From: an uncultured delta proteobacterium
Lineage (GTDB): Bacteria > Desulfobacterota > Binatia > UBA9968
DNA: 64,000 nucleotides
Assembly: GCA_963771465.1 (NCBI GenBank)
Contig: CAVYTU010000019.1
Location: forward strand, 1-64,000
Direction: 5' to 3'
Shown: piece by piece, positions 30,453 through 40,255 of the stretch
Layout: each line of letters starts with the position of its first letter
Position numbering within the stretch: position 1 is the first letter of the stretch
Position numbers and translations under genes: made by a program
The notes under the pieces: model-generated
Seen by the model: only the letters and a program-made list of their open reading frames with translations
What the model was told of the DNA's origin: nothing
Databases searched by the model: none

Positions 30453-31556
30453 ATGATAACCGTTCATGCCGACGTAGTTGGGAGCCTGCTCAGACCGCCG
30501 GAACTGATCGAGGCACGCGCCAGATTGGCAGCTGGCGAGATCGATGCTCCACGCTTCAGGGAAATTGAAGAACGTGCTGTCTGTGACGCGATCGCGATTC
30601 AAGAGTTGGCCGGACTCGAAGTGGTGACCGACGGCGAAATGCGCCGCCAGTCCTTCCAGAGCCAAATGACCGCGGCAGTCGATGGCTTCGGTGACTTCGG
30701 TATGGACGCTTTTCTTTGGGGCGAGTGGCACAATGCGCAAGGGACAGTCCGCAAAGCGCGGCCGCAAAACCTCGGAGCAACTGGAAAACTCGTCCGCAAG
30801 CGCTATCTATCCGCTGATGAGTTTACCTATCTGAAGAACAAAACCAGCCGCGTCGCTAAAATTACGCTGCCGAGCCCGGGCCTTTGGGCGAACTTCTGGT
30901 CGCGCGAACACTCCAGCACGGCGTACCCGACTCTGGATGGTTTCCTCGCAGACATCGTTCAGCTCTTGCGCGAAGAGGTGCAAGAGCTGGTGCGCTTGGG
31001 AGCGCGTTATATTCAAATCGATGCGCCGCACTACGGGCTGATGCTCGACGCCAAGACACGGCGCTTCTACGAAGAGCAGGGGTGGAGTCTGGACCAATGG
31101 TTGACGCGTGGCATCGAGCTCGACAATGCGATCATCGCGGGATTTCCAGATGTCACTTTCGCGCTCCATCTCTGACGCGGCAATCAGGGCGGCCGGTGGC
31201 TCGCCGAGGGAGGGTACGAGTCGATCAGTCGCGGGCTCTTCCAGCGGCTCAAGGTACAGCGACTATTACTGGAATACGACGATGATCGCGCGGGCACGTT
31301 CGCGGCGCTCAAGGACATACCCGAAGACAAGTTCATCGTGCTCGGCTTGATCACCACTAAAACCGGCCGGCTTGAGCGCATGGATGACCTACGCCGGCGG
31401 ATCACGACGGCAAGCAAGTATTTTCCCCTGGCGCAGCTCGGCCTCAGCACGCAGTGTGGTTTTGCTTCGTCTGTTCTCGGTAACCCGATCTCGCCTGAAG
31501 AACAGATGCAAAAGCTCGCACTCGTGGTCAAGACTACGCGTGAGATTTGGGGATAA
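30453..31556 (+). CDS. Cobalamin-independent methionine synthase II family protein, predicted selenoprotein (367 aa, Sec241)
   Basis: VGSLLRP, VTDGEMRR, IQIDAP, HL-UGA-RGN, LLEYD and QCGFAS all in one frame; TGA at 31173-31175. Confidence 0.88.
31188..31205 (+). promoter_or_regulatory. Candidate bacterial SECIS hairpin
   Basis: GGCGGCC-GGT-GGCTCGCC begins 12 nt after the in-frame UGA. Confidence 0.65.
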
Positions 31557-31568
31557 AGATAGTAATAG

Positions 31569-31596
31569 GCGTAGACTTGCTTAAGTCTACTAACTC
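31569..31596. repeat. Type-D hairpin terminus
   Basis: GTAGACTT-GCTT-AAGTCTAC-TAACT; related to 36798-36825 and 41157-41183. Confidence 0.7.
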
Positions 31597-31852
31597 ACCG
31601 TCCTCGCCAAATAATCTTTTCAGGAATGGAGTATTGATAATGGATAATGGAAAATTCAAAACCTGCCGTATAGGAAGTTACCTCATTTGAATGGAGTCCT
31701 TCTTGACTCAATCTTTCTCGGTGCTATCCGTTCACTCAGATGGTGGATACGTTGGCTGAGCCGCGCCGTACAGCGCGCACCTCTGCACAACATGAACCCA
31801 ACCATTCAAATCTTCCTGTCATAGTCAGGATCGATGATGCCAAGAAAGGAGC

Positions 31853-32344
31853 GTGACCATGGCCGTTCGTCTGAATCACACAATTGTCGCCGCGCATGAC
31901 CATGAGGCGTCGAGCAAATTCCTAGCCGAGATACTCGGTCTGCCGCCGCCGCTGCGGTTAGGGCCGTTTGCGATCGTAACGGTAGGCGACACCTCGCTGG
32001 ATTATATGAACGTTAAAGAGTACCGAGGCGCCGAAGGCGAGATCGTTTCTGAGCATTACGCCTTCCTGGTAACCGAGGCCGAATTCGACGAGATCTTCGC
32101 GCGCATTCGGGAACGGCATCTGCCCTATTGGGCCGATCCGGGTCGCAGCCAGCGGGACCAGATCAACCAATGGGATGGCGGCCGCGGGGTCTACTTCGAA
32201 GATCCCAACGGTCATATTCTCGAAGCGATCACGCGACCCTACGGCAGCGGCGGCACGACGGCGGCGCGACCGCACCCGTTGCTCGCGGCAAACGGGAACC
32301 GCGCACCTGAAAACCGCCACAATGATTCAGACCGGCAGAAATGA
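31853..32344 (+). CDS. VOC/glyoxalase family protein
   Basis: LNHTIVAAHD, HYAFLV, GRGVYFEDPNGHILEAIT. Confidence 0.9.
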   Translation: MTMAVRLNHTIVAAHDHEASSKFLAEILGLPPPLRLGPFAIVTVGDTSLDYMNVKEYRGAEGEIVSEHYAFLVTEAEFDEIFARIRERHLPYWADPGRSQRDQINQWDGGRGVYFEDPNGHILEAITRPYGSGGTTAARPHPLLAANGNRAPENRHNDSDRQK

Positions 32345-32429
32345 AGGCGCTGATATGGAGACGCCGAACGGCCCCGATCAGTGACCCGCATGAGAGACTT
32401 CATGAGCGAAAGATACCTCAAGGGATAGC

Positions 32430-32523
32430 GGGTTTCTTGACGAGGCTTTCGGTAACGAATGGGAAATTGTCCGCGAGCCAGGCGTCGAGCCCGCCTTCGA
32501 GCGGGCGGACTCTGGTGATTCCT
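32430..32523 (-). pseudogene. Duplicated 3' end of the rhodanese domain of 34165-35514
   Basis: Near-identical to 34177-34270. Confidence 0.85.
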
Positions 32524-32554
32524 GCTGTCTCCAGGTGTTCGACAAACCGTCTCA

Positions 32555-32995
32555 TCACTGTTTTGGCACAGTTACAGTCTGTCCAACGATACCCGCGTAA
32601 AACACGACAATTTCCGCGGGAACGGTTCCTTCATTAATTCCATAGTGGAGTGTGTTCACCACCTCAACTATAGGATCTCCCGCCTTCAAACGCAGCACTT
32701 TCCCGTCCGTGGTCTTGACCGTGAGTTGCCCGCTCATCAGCACGCCGGCATTGATCACCGGATGACTGTGAGTCTCGAGCCGCGCGCCGGCAGGTATACT
32801 GATTTTCAGAATCGTGATCTCGGGCTGACCTTGCGGATACGGAACCAATAACTTCCCGTCCCAGCTCTTGCTACTCCTGACCAGTTCCTTGACGGAGATG
32901 GAAGCGTGGTTAGCCTCCTCCTTGGTCGCACAGCTAAACTGAATGAGAACAAGGACGGAGAGGATTGCGAAATTTCGAACGGTTTCTCTTGTCAT
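32555..32995 (-). CDS. Cupin-domain lipoprotein
   Basis: FSC lipobox-like; HSHPVINAG...EVVNTLHYG. Confidence 0.85.
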   Translation of the reverse strand: MTRETVRNFAILSVLVLIQFSCATKEEANHASISVKELVRSSKSWDGKLLVPYPQGQPEITILKISIPAGARLETHSHPVINAGVLMSGQLTVKTTDGKVLRLKAGDPIVEVVNTLHYGINEGTVPAEIVVFYAGIVGQTVTVPKQ

Positions 32996-33097
32996 CGAGG
33001 TGCCTCTGAATCGTGTGTAGATGTTTCGCTTTGACCAGCGCCACCTCGAACATCGACTCGTCGGTCTGACGCCGGAGTAGCTGGCCGGGCGCGCTGT

Positions 33098-33886
33098 TCA
33101 GTCGACCACCGATCGATCGGGAACGAGCGACCGCTGGACCCACTGGAACATCCGCCATCCGACGGGGTCAGGGGCGAGTGTCGACGCTGCAACCGAAGCG
33201 GCCTCGTCAGAGATCGGTCGCCCGTTGGGCGCTTTCACGTGGACCTCAGCCACCCGTTCGGCCATCACAAACCATCCGACCGATTCCTCCACCGACCGGC
33301 CGACCGTGAGCAGGCCGTGATTGCGCAGGATGCAGAACTTCCTGTCGCCGAGTGCCGCGGCGATGCGCTTGCCGCCATCGATCGAAAGCACCTCCACCTC
33401 CTCATCGTCGAAGAGGGCCTGGTCGAACACGAAGGCACACGCCTCCTGACTGAGCGCCCGAAACGGCTCGACGTTGGCCGACCATGGCGTGCCGAAGGCG
33501 GTGTGGGTGTGAGATGCGCTCACGATATCGGGACGGGCAGCGAGCAGCGGATGGTGGATGTAGTAGCCGGCCGTGTTGACGGCGCCGGTGGCGTTGCCGT
33601 CGGCATCCTTCACTTCGCCGCCGGGCCCGACCAGCACCAACTGGTGGACCGTCGCCTCGGCGAATGGGATACCCCAGTCGAGCAGCCAGAAGTGGTCGGT
33701 CCACTCGGGGTCACGGGCCGATACGTGGCCGTCGCCGAGCATCCCCCACCGCATCGCGCCGAAGATGCGGTATCCAAGCGCACACATCCGTTTGCGATGC
33801 GCCCGTTCGTCGGCAACCGAACGGACGGTGCCGTAGGGCTCGACCCCGTTGAACGGTGGATAGGGACTCGTTGTCATGTCATCCAT
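33098..33886 (-). CDS. Class II aldolase/adducin family protein
   Basis: GHVSARDP, YYIHHPL..ARPD..SASHTH, ILRNHGLLTVG. Confidence 0.9.
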   Translation of the reverse strand: MDDMTTSPYPPFNGVEPYGTVRSVADERAHRKRMCALGYRIFGAMRWGMLGDGHVSARDPEWTDHFWLLDWGIPFAEATVHQLVLVGPGGEVKDADGNATGAVNTAGYYIHHPLLAARPDIVSASHTHTAFGTPWSANVEPFRALSQEACAFVFDQALFDDEEVEVLSIDGGKRIAAALGDRKFCILRNHGLLTVGRSVEESVGWFVMAERVAEVHVKAPNGRPISDEAASVAASTLAPDPVGWRMFQWVQRSLVPDRSVVD

Positions 33887-34080
33887 GGTACCTCGCGCAA
33901 TTCAGTTGGGTGTTTCTGCATGGGATATTTCAAACACACCGCGAATTCCAGTCAACTCTCCGACGATTGACACGCTCGCCAGTTCAGCGATATTGCTGCG
34001 AGCAGAAAAAAGGTTGTTTCAATTTCCTGTACCGGAGAGGCGCTGTGTTAAGCAAAGAAGACAACGAATTCGAGTGCACG

Positions 34081-34130
34081 GAGCATGGGTCAGGAGCAAG
34101 GGTCAGGTGTATTTTGACATTGCGGATTGT
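34081..34130 (+). repeat. Type-B-like left terminus with stutter
   Basis: GAGCATGGGTCAG-GAGCAAGGGTCAG-GTGTATTTTGACATTGCGGATT. Confidence 0.7.
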
Positions 34131-34164
34131 TGGCGGCACCAGCGGCTCCGAAAAATACCTTCTC

Positions 34165-35514
34165 TCAAAGGACAACGGGTTTCTTGACGAGGCTTTCGGT
34201 AACGAATGGGAAATTGTCCGCGAGCCAAGCGTCGATCCCGCCTTCGAGCGGGCGGACCCTGGTGATTCCTTTAGCTCGTAGCAGCAGCGCCACACGGGCG
34301 CTGGTCGCTTCGTTGGGTCACGAACAGTAGAGAACGACGTCGCGATCCCGGGGAATCTCTCCGTGGCGCTCTTCGATCTCTTCCATAGCTATACGAAGGG
34401 CACCCGGGATCATCTGAGGAAACGCCTCGATATCCATGGGCTGGCGCAAGTCCACGATTGAAAGGTTTTCTCCTGCGGTGAGTTTGTCCATGAGTTCTTT
34501 CGGCGTGATGCGCGCAATCCGCAGCCGGCGAAGAAAGCGTCGCCGCTGGATGAACTTCCACAAAACATAAGCTGCCAAACTTCCGGCCAGGACTGCGACG
34601 AGCCAACCGCCCCAGCGCAGTGCGATCCGCTCGAGTTGATCGCCGAGCATCAAGCCCAAGCTCGTGACGGTGACGACCCAGAGGAATCCGCCCAGGGAAT
34701 CGAAGATCAGGAAACGTCGCACGGGCATGCGAAAGACTCCCGCTAGAGACGGTGCTGCGGTATTCAGACCGGGTATAAATTTGGCAACGAGCAAAGAACG
34801 GACGCCATGCCGGACGAAAAGGTTCTCAGTCCGCCGCACGCAGGAGTCCGGTTCGAGAGAAATGCGGCACAGCAGCTTCAGTATGCGCCCGCCACGGTAA
34901 CGGCCTAGAGAGTACCAGAACAGGTCAGCCAAAATAACCGCGATGAACGCCAAGGTTACCGCGAACGTCAAATTCATTTTACCGGCGCGGGCCAGCGCGC
35001 CGGCCGCGATCAACAGAGGAGCAGCCGGGATAGGCAGACCAAGCTGTTCGAGCAGCACCCACCCGAACAGCACGGTGTAGCCGTGTCTGATCAGGAAGTC
35101 GGCAGCTTGTTCCAGGCTCAAATCCCGGAAAGCCTGCGGCACTAGGCTCGCGAAAAAGAAACTAAGGACAGTCAATATCAGCGCCGCAACCGCCGATTCG
35201 ACATAGATCCAACGAGCCTGGGAGCGGAGTCGTTTGTCGACGCTTTCATCGCCGACGGACTCTTCGGTGCCGTTCATCTTGCGCGCGCCGCGCGCGGCCA
35301 AAGCGACTCAGGTCTTTTTGCGAGCCTGGGAAACAGCGAGAGTTCCTATCCAGAACGGCAGAAATAGCGTCGCATACCACCCGCGGCTTACATCTGCACG
35401 CGCGAAGACGACCGCCAGGACGACGCCCAGCGCGAGCATGGCGACACCCATGAGCTGGCGCTTACGGATCTCCTTCGGCCCGATATTGGCGAGCTCTGCT
35501 TTTCCGACGTTCAT
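34165..35514 (-). CDS. Predicted two-Sec protein: small membrane domain, DedA (VTT) domain and rhodanese domain (449 aa; Sec69, Sec399)
   Basis: ORFs 35308-35514 and 34318-35301 and the downstream frame are contiguous: QARKKT-U-VALAARG and LYCS-U-PNEATSARVA...RPLEGGIDAW; DedA motifs EQLGLPIPA and LVAKFIPG. Confidence 0.82.
34285..34303 (-). promoter_or_regulatory. Candidate SECIS for the UGA at 34318-34320
   Basis: CAGCGCC-CGTGT-GGCGCTG, 14 nt after the UGA. Confidence 0.6.
35281..35295 (-). promoter_or_regulatory. Candidate SECIS for the UGA at 35308-35310
   Basis: GCGCGC-GGC-GCGCGC, 12 nt after the UGA. Confidence 0.55.
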
Positions 35515-35613
35515 CGAAAGCCACCGGTACTTTTGTTCATTATTTCGATCTCCGCTCAGGTTTCACCTTTAATAGCCGACACTCGTACATCCGACCGGAG
35601 AGCGCAAAGCCAG

Positions 35614-35870
35614 CTTAATTCTCTGCAGCGCACGGTTTACTTTGATGGATGACAATTAAGAAAGTTGGCAAGCTGGGAAGCGAGATAACCCCTGCTGCAA
35701 AACGGCTTCGCGGGATGAGTTGATCGCGGGCCTTTACTACTTTCCCCAGCCGGCCCTTGCGGAGCAATATCTCGGCTGAAAGTCCCGACTGGCTGGCTAC
35801 GCTCTTAAGCAAACCCTTTAACGATACGCGCCGCGAGACGGTGGCGCAATTGTTTCTTTGGCAATTTTCT
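35614..35870 (-). pseudogene. C-terminal HTH remnant of a probable Y1/RAYT-like transposase (copy 1)
   Basis: RRVSLKGLLKSVASQSGLS..ILLRKGR...KARD...GYLASQLANFLNCHPS resembles a DnaA-C-like HTH; direct repeat of 36824-37082. Confidence 0.6.
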
Positions 35871-35952
35871 CGCGAACCCACTGCAACACGCCAACGCCGC
35901 GTTCATGCCGCGCAATCCCGCCTGGCGTTCGCGGCTTCTCGAGACTGCCTTG

Positions 35953-36582
35953 CTAAAATTTGGTGATGTCCCTGAATCCGTCGGTCACAGATTGCAGGTC
36001 TGCGAACGCTTCCGGTAGATTTAGTAAGAGATTCGTGCCTCCAGACGATACAGTGCCTGCTATGTTGGCCTCACGAAAGGTTCCCTTGTTCTGTTCGTGT
36101 GTAATGCTTCCCGGTGTTCTGATATAAAAGCGATTCCTGGTTACTGCGGGCTGGCTAGTTGCCGTCCAGGTGAGGTCTACGGAAACATCGAAGGAGTTTC
36201 CGGACACAGAATCTATGAGTTCCACGGTTTTAGTCAGTATGGCGGACTCGAGCTTCTTGTCGATTTGAAATTCAGAGGCCGAGACGGCTATGGTGCTCTC
36301 AGCGCTTAACACTAGCTCATCCTGGCAGATATCGACTCCCTCGATAAATACGTCGACCGCGGACCCGTTGGCCGGCTTGCCGGGACCGTCACGTTCGGTG
36401 CCCTCAGAGGCCCGCACACCTACGCTGGTGAGGATACATCCGTCGACACCGTCAAAAAATGCGATCGCGACCAACCCCTTGAATCTAAATTGGGTCTTCT
36501 CTGCCGCCCAGGAGGATACCGGCGCGGTGAAAGCCGTGAGAATAAAAACCAGCGCAAGAGCCGCAAACTTCGTTAGTCGCAT
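35953..36582 (-). CDS. Secreted beta-rich hypothetical protein
   Basis: Signal peptide MRLTKFAALALVF...SWA; two Cys. Confidence 0.7.
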   Translation of the reverse strand: MRLTKFAALALVFILTAFTAPVSSWAAEKTQFRFKGLVAIAFFDGVDGCILTSVGVRASEGTERDGPGKPANGSAVDVFIEGVDICQDELVLSAESTIAVSASEFQIDKKLESAILTKTVELIDSVSGNSFDVSVDLTWTATSQPAVTRNRFYIRTPGSITHEQNKGTFREANIAGTVSSGGTNLLLNLPEAFADLQSVTDGFRDITKF

Positions 36583-36797
36583 TTTTGTCTTTTGCCGTGA
36601 CAGGAACTTCACATCGAAATGTAAATTCATTCGATTCATACTCCTCGTGCATTAAAGATTTTCGAGTAGCTATCACGTTCGCGTTTGCTTGACCAGGCAA
36701 GTTGGCGGTAATTTTATGCCGAGGAATTGCTCTAGCGCGTGACGGCCGAAATGTTTTTTTCAACTCCGTTGACATTTAGATATGCGTGTCAATCTGT

Positions 36798-37220
36798 GCG
36801 TCAGACTTGCCTAAGTCTACTAACTTAATTTCTCTGCAGCGCGTGGCTTACGTTTGATGGATGACATTAAAGAAATTTGGCAAGCGGGGAAACGAGATAA
36901 CCCTGCTGCAATGCGGCTTCGCGGATGAATGGATCGCGGGCATTTACTACGTGCCCCAGCGCCGGCCCTTACGCAGCAATATCTCGGCCGAAAGTCCCGA
37001 CTGGCTGGCTACGCTCTTGAGCAAACCCTTTAGCGAAACGCGCCGCGAGACGGTGGCGCAATTGTTTCTTTGGCAATTTTCTTAATGAATCGCTCCGGTC
37101 CGGAAATAGTCTGTTCATGAGAATCAGGCGGCAAAAAAAGACTCCGCGCTCGAATGGATGTTTGCCGACTTCGGCACGAGTCCGTTCGCCCAGAACCGTT
37201 CGGAAGTCGTGCTCATCGCT
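36798..37220 (-). pseudogene. Probable Y1/RAYT-like transposase 3' remnant (copy 2) with its terminal hairpin
   Basis: Frameshifted EQTISGPERFIKKIAK...SRRVSLKGLLKSVA...; followed by TAGACTTAGGCAAGTCTGACGC. Confidence 0.6.
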
Positions 37221-37224
37221 GCCA

Positions 37225-38187
37225 TTATTTGCGCACGCGCATGCCGAGCTTGGCGTCCCATTGAAGAACCTTGTCGCTCTTGGGCAGGGGCGCTTCGGCA
37301 ACTTCGCCGACTGACACGCCGTATTTCCAGTCCGCCGGGCAGATGGCGATGTAGCGCGCGTAGCCGCCCAGGCCGCCGGCGAATTTCGGATAGCCGATAG
37401 CGATCAAACAGCCTTTCTCGGGGACTTTGTCCAAGTTCGTGACCCCTTCCGCCTGGGCGTAGCCGTTGTGCATCAGCCAAGCTTCTCCTTCGAGGTTGGG
37501 AGTGGTGTCGGTGTCGAGAGGCTCGTGACCGTGAAATAGGATGTGACGTTCCTCGTGGAGAAATTGCAGCGCTTCCAACGACACGCCGGGAAAAATGGTC
37601 TGGCTTGCCAGCGACGGATCGGGCCAGCGCTTCGACCAATCCGAACGCACCATCACCACCGAACCGGCTGGAATCTTGCCATTCCGTTTCTCCCAGCTCT
37701 CGATATCCGAGCGCCAGAGATGATAGCCGGGATCTTTGGCCACCTGATCGACGATCGAAATTACCGCCAGCGGGCGCACGGCATAGGTCGCCGGCAGTTC
37801 GTCAATGGCGGGATACTCCGGCGCCCAGTGCGCCGGCGGATCGAGCTGGGTGCCGAATTGGTCGGTGGGCAAATCGTAGTGCGTCGCCTCGAAGCCGTCC
37901 TTTGTGTAAGTGTAAGGCTGCCTGGTTTCAGGATTGATCGTCGGAGCGAATATCGCCGGCGCAAAGCCCTTCCACACCGGGATCGATGGCGTAAGAGTGT
38001 GTGTCAGATCGATGTACTTGGCTCCTTTAAGGGAACGATCGTAGACACGCCAAAGGTCGGACCGCGCTGAACCCCGCGATTCAGTTTTTTGGGCCGACGA
38101 CGCTTTACGCCCACAACCTGTCGTGAAGACCATCAGACCCAAGACGAGAAACAAGAGAAATGACCTAAATGCCATGATTGCACCCAT
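37225..38187 (-). CDS. Cyclase family (kynurenine formamidase-like) lipoprotein
   Basis: YIDLTH, QFGTQLDPPAH, VMVRSDWS, GHEPLDTD, GGYARYIAI. Confidence 0.88.
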   Translation of the reverse strand: MGAIMAFRSFLLFLVLGLMVFTTGCGRKASSAQKTESRGSARSDLWRVYDRSLKGAKYIDLTHTLTPSIPVWKGFAPAIFAPTINPETRQPYTYTKDGFEATHYDLPTDQFGTQLDPPAHWAPEYPAIDELPATYAVRPLAVISIVDQVAKDPGYHLWRSDIESWEKRNGKIPAGSVVMVRSDWSKRWPDPSLASQTIFPGVSLEALQFLHEERHILFHGHEPLDTDTTPNLEGEAWLMHNGYAQAEGVTNLDKVPEKGCLIAIGYPKFAGGLGGYARYIAICPADWKYGVSVGEVAEAPLPKSDKVLQWDAKLGMRVRK

Positions 38188-38355
38188 AAAAAAACTCTCC
38201 GCTGCATATTGTTGTTTTGTCTTGGCAGAAACAGTTCGAGATTGCGCATTGATGGCTCGTCCTAGGAGTCTCGACTATCGCCGTTTTTGGCAGGATGGTA
38301 GAGCCATCAATTACAAATAATCTCTCGATTCGCAATGGACGCAATTGAAAAAAAC

Positions 38356-38384
38356 GAAAGGGCGGGTTAACGACCCGCCCTTTC
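38356..38384. terminator. Intrinsic terminator-like hairpin
   Basis: GAAAGGGCGGGT-TAACG-ACCCGCCCTTTC, with a T-tract on the minus strand. Confidence 0.65.
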
Positions 38385-38723
38385 ATCTTGCCACAAAAGC
38401 TCGCGCTTCGAATTTATGCTTTTCCCGCCGCCTTCAATCCTTTCAATACTGAGCGGCAGTTTGTTGGCCGGTTTTTGCATTGGGTTTTCCAAGCCAGGAA
38501 GCGAGAAGGCGTCGCAAGATTTTTTTGGTACATACTTCAGATTCCCTCTCTATCTGGCATACTTTAATAACAGTCGAAAAAATTTTCAGCACGACTGTCC
38601 TAAAAGCGCTCGCTCATTCGTCGCGCTATTGAGTATTAAGTGAGCCAATCGGTGCCTGGCGGGCGAATGCAGCAGCAATGTCTCCAAAACTATTTTGGCG
38701 AAAAGCTTAAGGAGGTTTGAACC

Positions 38724-39458
38724 ATGGCACAGGAGAAAATCAATGCGACGCGTCGACAAACCAATTTGCCGAACGAATCTGACCCATATCAGTTCAAGCG
38801 AGAAGAACTTCGACTGGCGGAAATTGAGCTCATGCGCCAGCGAGAGCGAGTAGCAGAACTTCGCCGCGAGCTGCCGCAAGGCGCGGCGCTTCAGGATTAT
38901 GCATTCGAAGAGGGTCCGGCGAATCTCGATGCCGGCGACACGCCGATTCGCACCGTCCGCCTGAGCGAACTGTTCAGCGCGCCTAATCGTTCGTTGGTCG
39001 TCTATCAGTTTATGTTCGGAAAGAAGAACACCACGCCGTGCCCAATGTGCACGCTCTGGATCGATGGTTGGAATGGTGTCGCCCACCATCTGGCTCAGAA
39101 CGTCGACGTTGCGATCGTGGCCGCGGCCGATCCGATGGCGTTGCGCGCACATGCACGCGCGCGCGGGTGGCACAGGCTTAGGCTGCTGAGTTGCGGCGCC
39201 AACACGTTCAAATACGATCTCGGCAGCGAAGACCGCGAGGGAAATCAGGATTCGACCATTTCCGTTTTCACTCGAGATACTGACGGAACCCTGCGCCACT
39301 TCTACTCAATTCATCCGTCTTTCTCGAGCGACATCAAAGAGCGCGGTATCGATCTGTACTGTCCCGTTTGGCATATCTTGGATCTCACTCCACAGGGGCG
39401 CGGTGATTGGATCGCGGACCTTGGTTACGGCACGAACGTGAGTGCGGCGCGTCGTTGA
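38724..39458 (+). CDS. DUF899 thioredoxin-like protein
   Basis: AGGAGG RBS; ERVAELRRELP, LVVYQFMFG, CPMCT, LDLTPQGR. Confidence 0.9.
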   Translation: MAQEKINATRRQTNLPNESDPYQFKREELRLAEIELMRQRERVAELRRELPQGAALQDYAFEEGPANLDAGDTPIRTVRLSELFSAPNRSLVVYQFMFGKKNTTPCPMCTLWIDGWNGVAHHLAQNVDVAIVAAADPMALRAHARARGWHRLRLLSCGANTFKYDLGSEDREGNQDSTISVFTRDTDGTLRHFYSIHPSFSSDIKERGIDLYCPVWHILDLTPQGRGDWIADLGYGTNVSAARR

Positions 39459-40085
39459 ATGTCGTCGTAGCGACCCACGCAGACTGAGCATTGGAGCTTG
39501 AGCACGAAGTCGCCAACATCAAATTTACGGTATCCATATCTTTAGGCCGAACTTTTCCTGCCGGAATGCGGGTATGTGTCAGATCTTCTCCTTTGAGAAG
39601 GATATTGACCAATGGATGGCCGAAATCATTTCGGGGTGGACTGAAGTGGAATTTATTCCCAAGCCGATTGATGCACCGGCGTTTCTAGCGGCAGTTGATA
39701 AGCTCGCACGTAAATCAAAGTAATTATTCCCAAACGATTTTCCGCCAGATGATCGCCGCTGATCAAATAACGATGGACAATCTTGACCTGATTATTTATG
39801 CCGACCGATCGTATAAGGCAGAATTGTCATCGCGTGGTTCGAGCACATCTTCCATAATGCGAACGTAATTCCTTAACACTTCCCGGAAGCATCCATCAAA
39901 GAATGGCGGCACGATGCATGCTCTGCTCTCGTTGGTCGGGGCAGAGAAGACACATCTTCGTGTCACTTCTTGACTAAAGACTTCTTGCCCCGGCACTACT
40001 TGCACCTACGTTTGGAACCCATTCATGAAATCCGACTGCATTGTGCTGCGGACTGCGCTCGTTTGAAGGAACTGACAGGCCGTTC

Positions 40086-40253
40086 ATGAAAAAAATGACC
40101 GCCAACCTCGAACGCCTAGTCTGTCCGAAATGCGATAGTAGCGACGTGCGGCTATCTCATTTGATGAATGAAATGGAGAAAGACGTAAGCCCTATATTTA
40201 TTAGCCCGTACCGCTGTCAGGATTGTGGGTATCGCTTCTGGGAAATGAATTAA
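40086..40253 (+). CDS. Small Zn-ribbon protein (55 aa)
   Basis: CPKC...PYRCQDCGYRF; stop lies 2 nt before the next ATG. Confidence 0.65.
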   Translation: MKKMTANLERLVCPKCDSSDVRLSHLMNEMEKDVSPIFISPYRCQDCGYRFWEMN

Positions 40254-40255
40254 CC

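Noticed and set aside
30453-35514. Genome-wide reassignment of UGA to Trp or Gly
   Set aside because: Many genes end at TGA at their expected length and Trp is encoded by TGG; at least two of the three readthrough sites align with conserved Cys positions.
39460-40040. Short ORFs downstream of DUF899
   Set aside because: No recognisable motif or RBS; likely degraded sequence.
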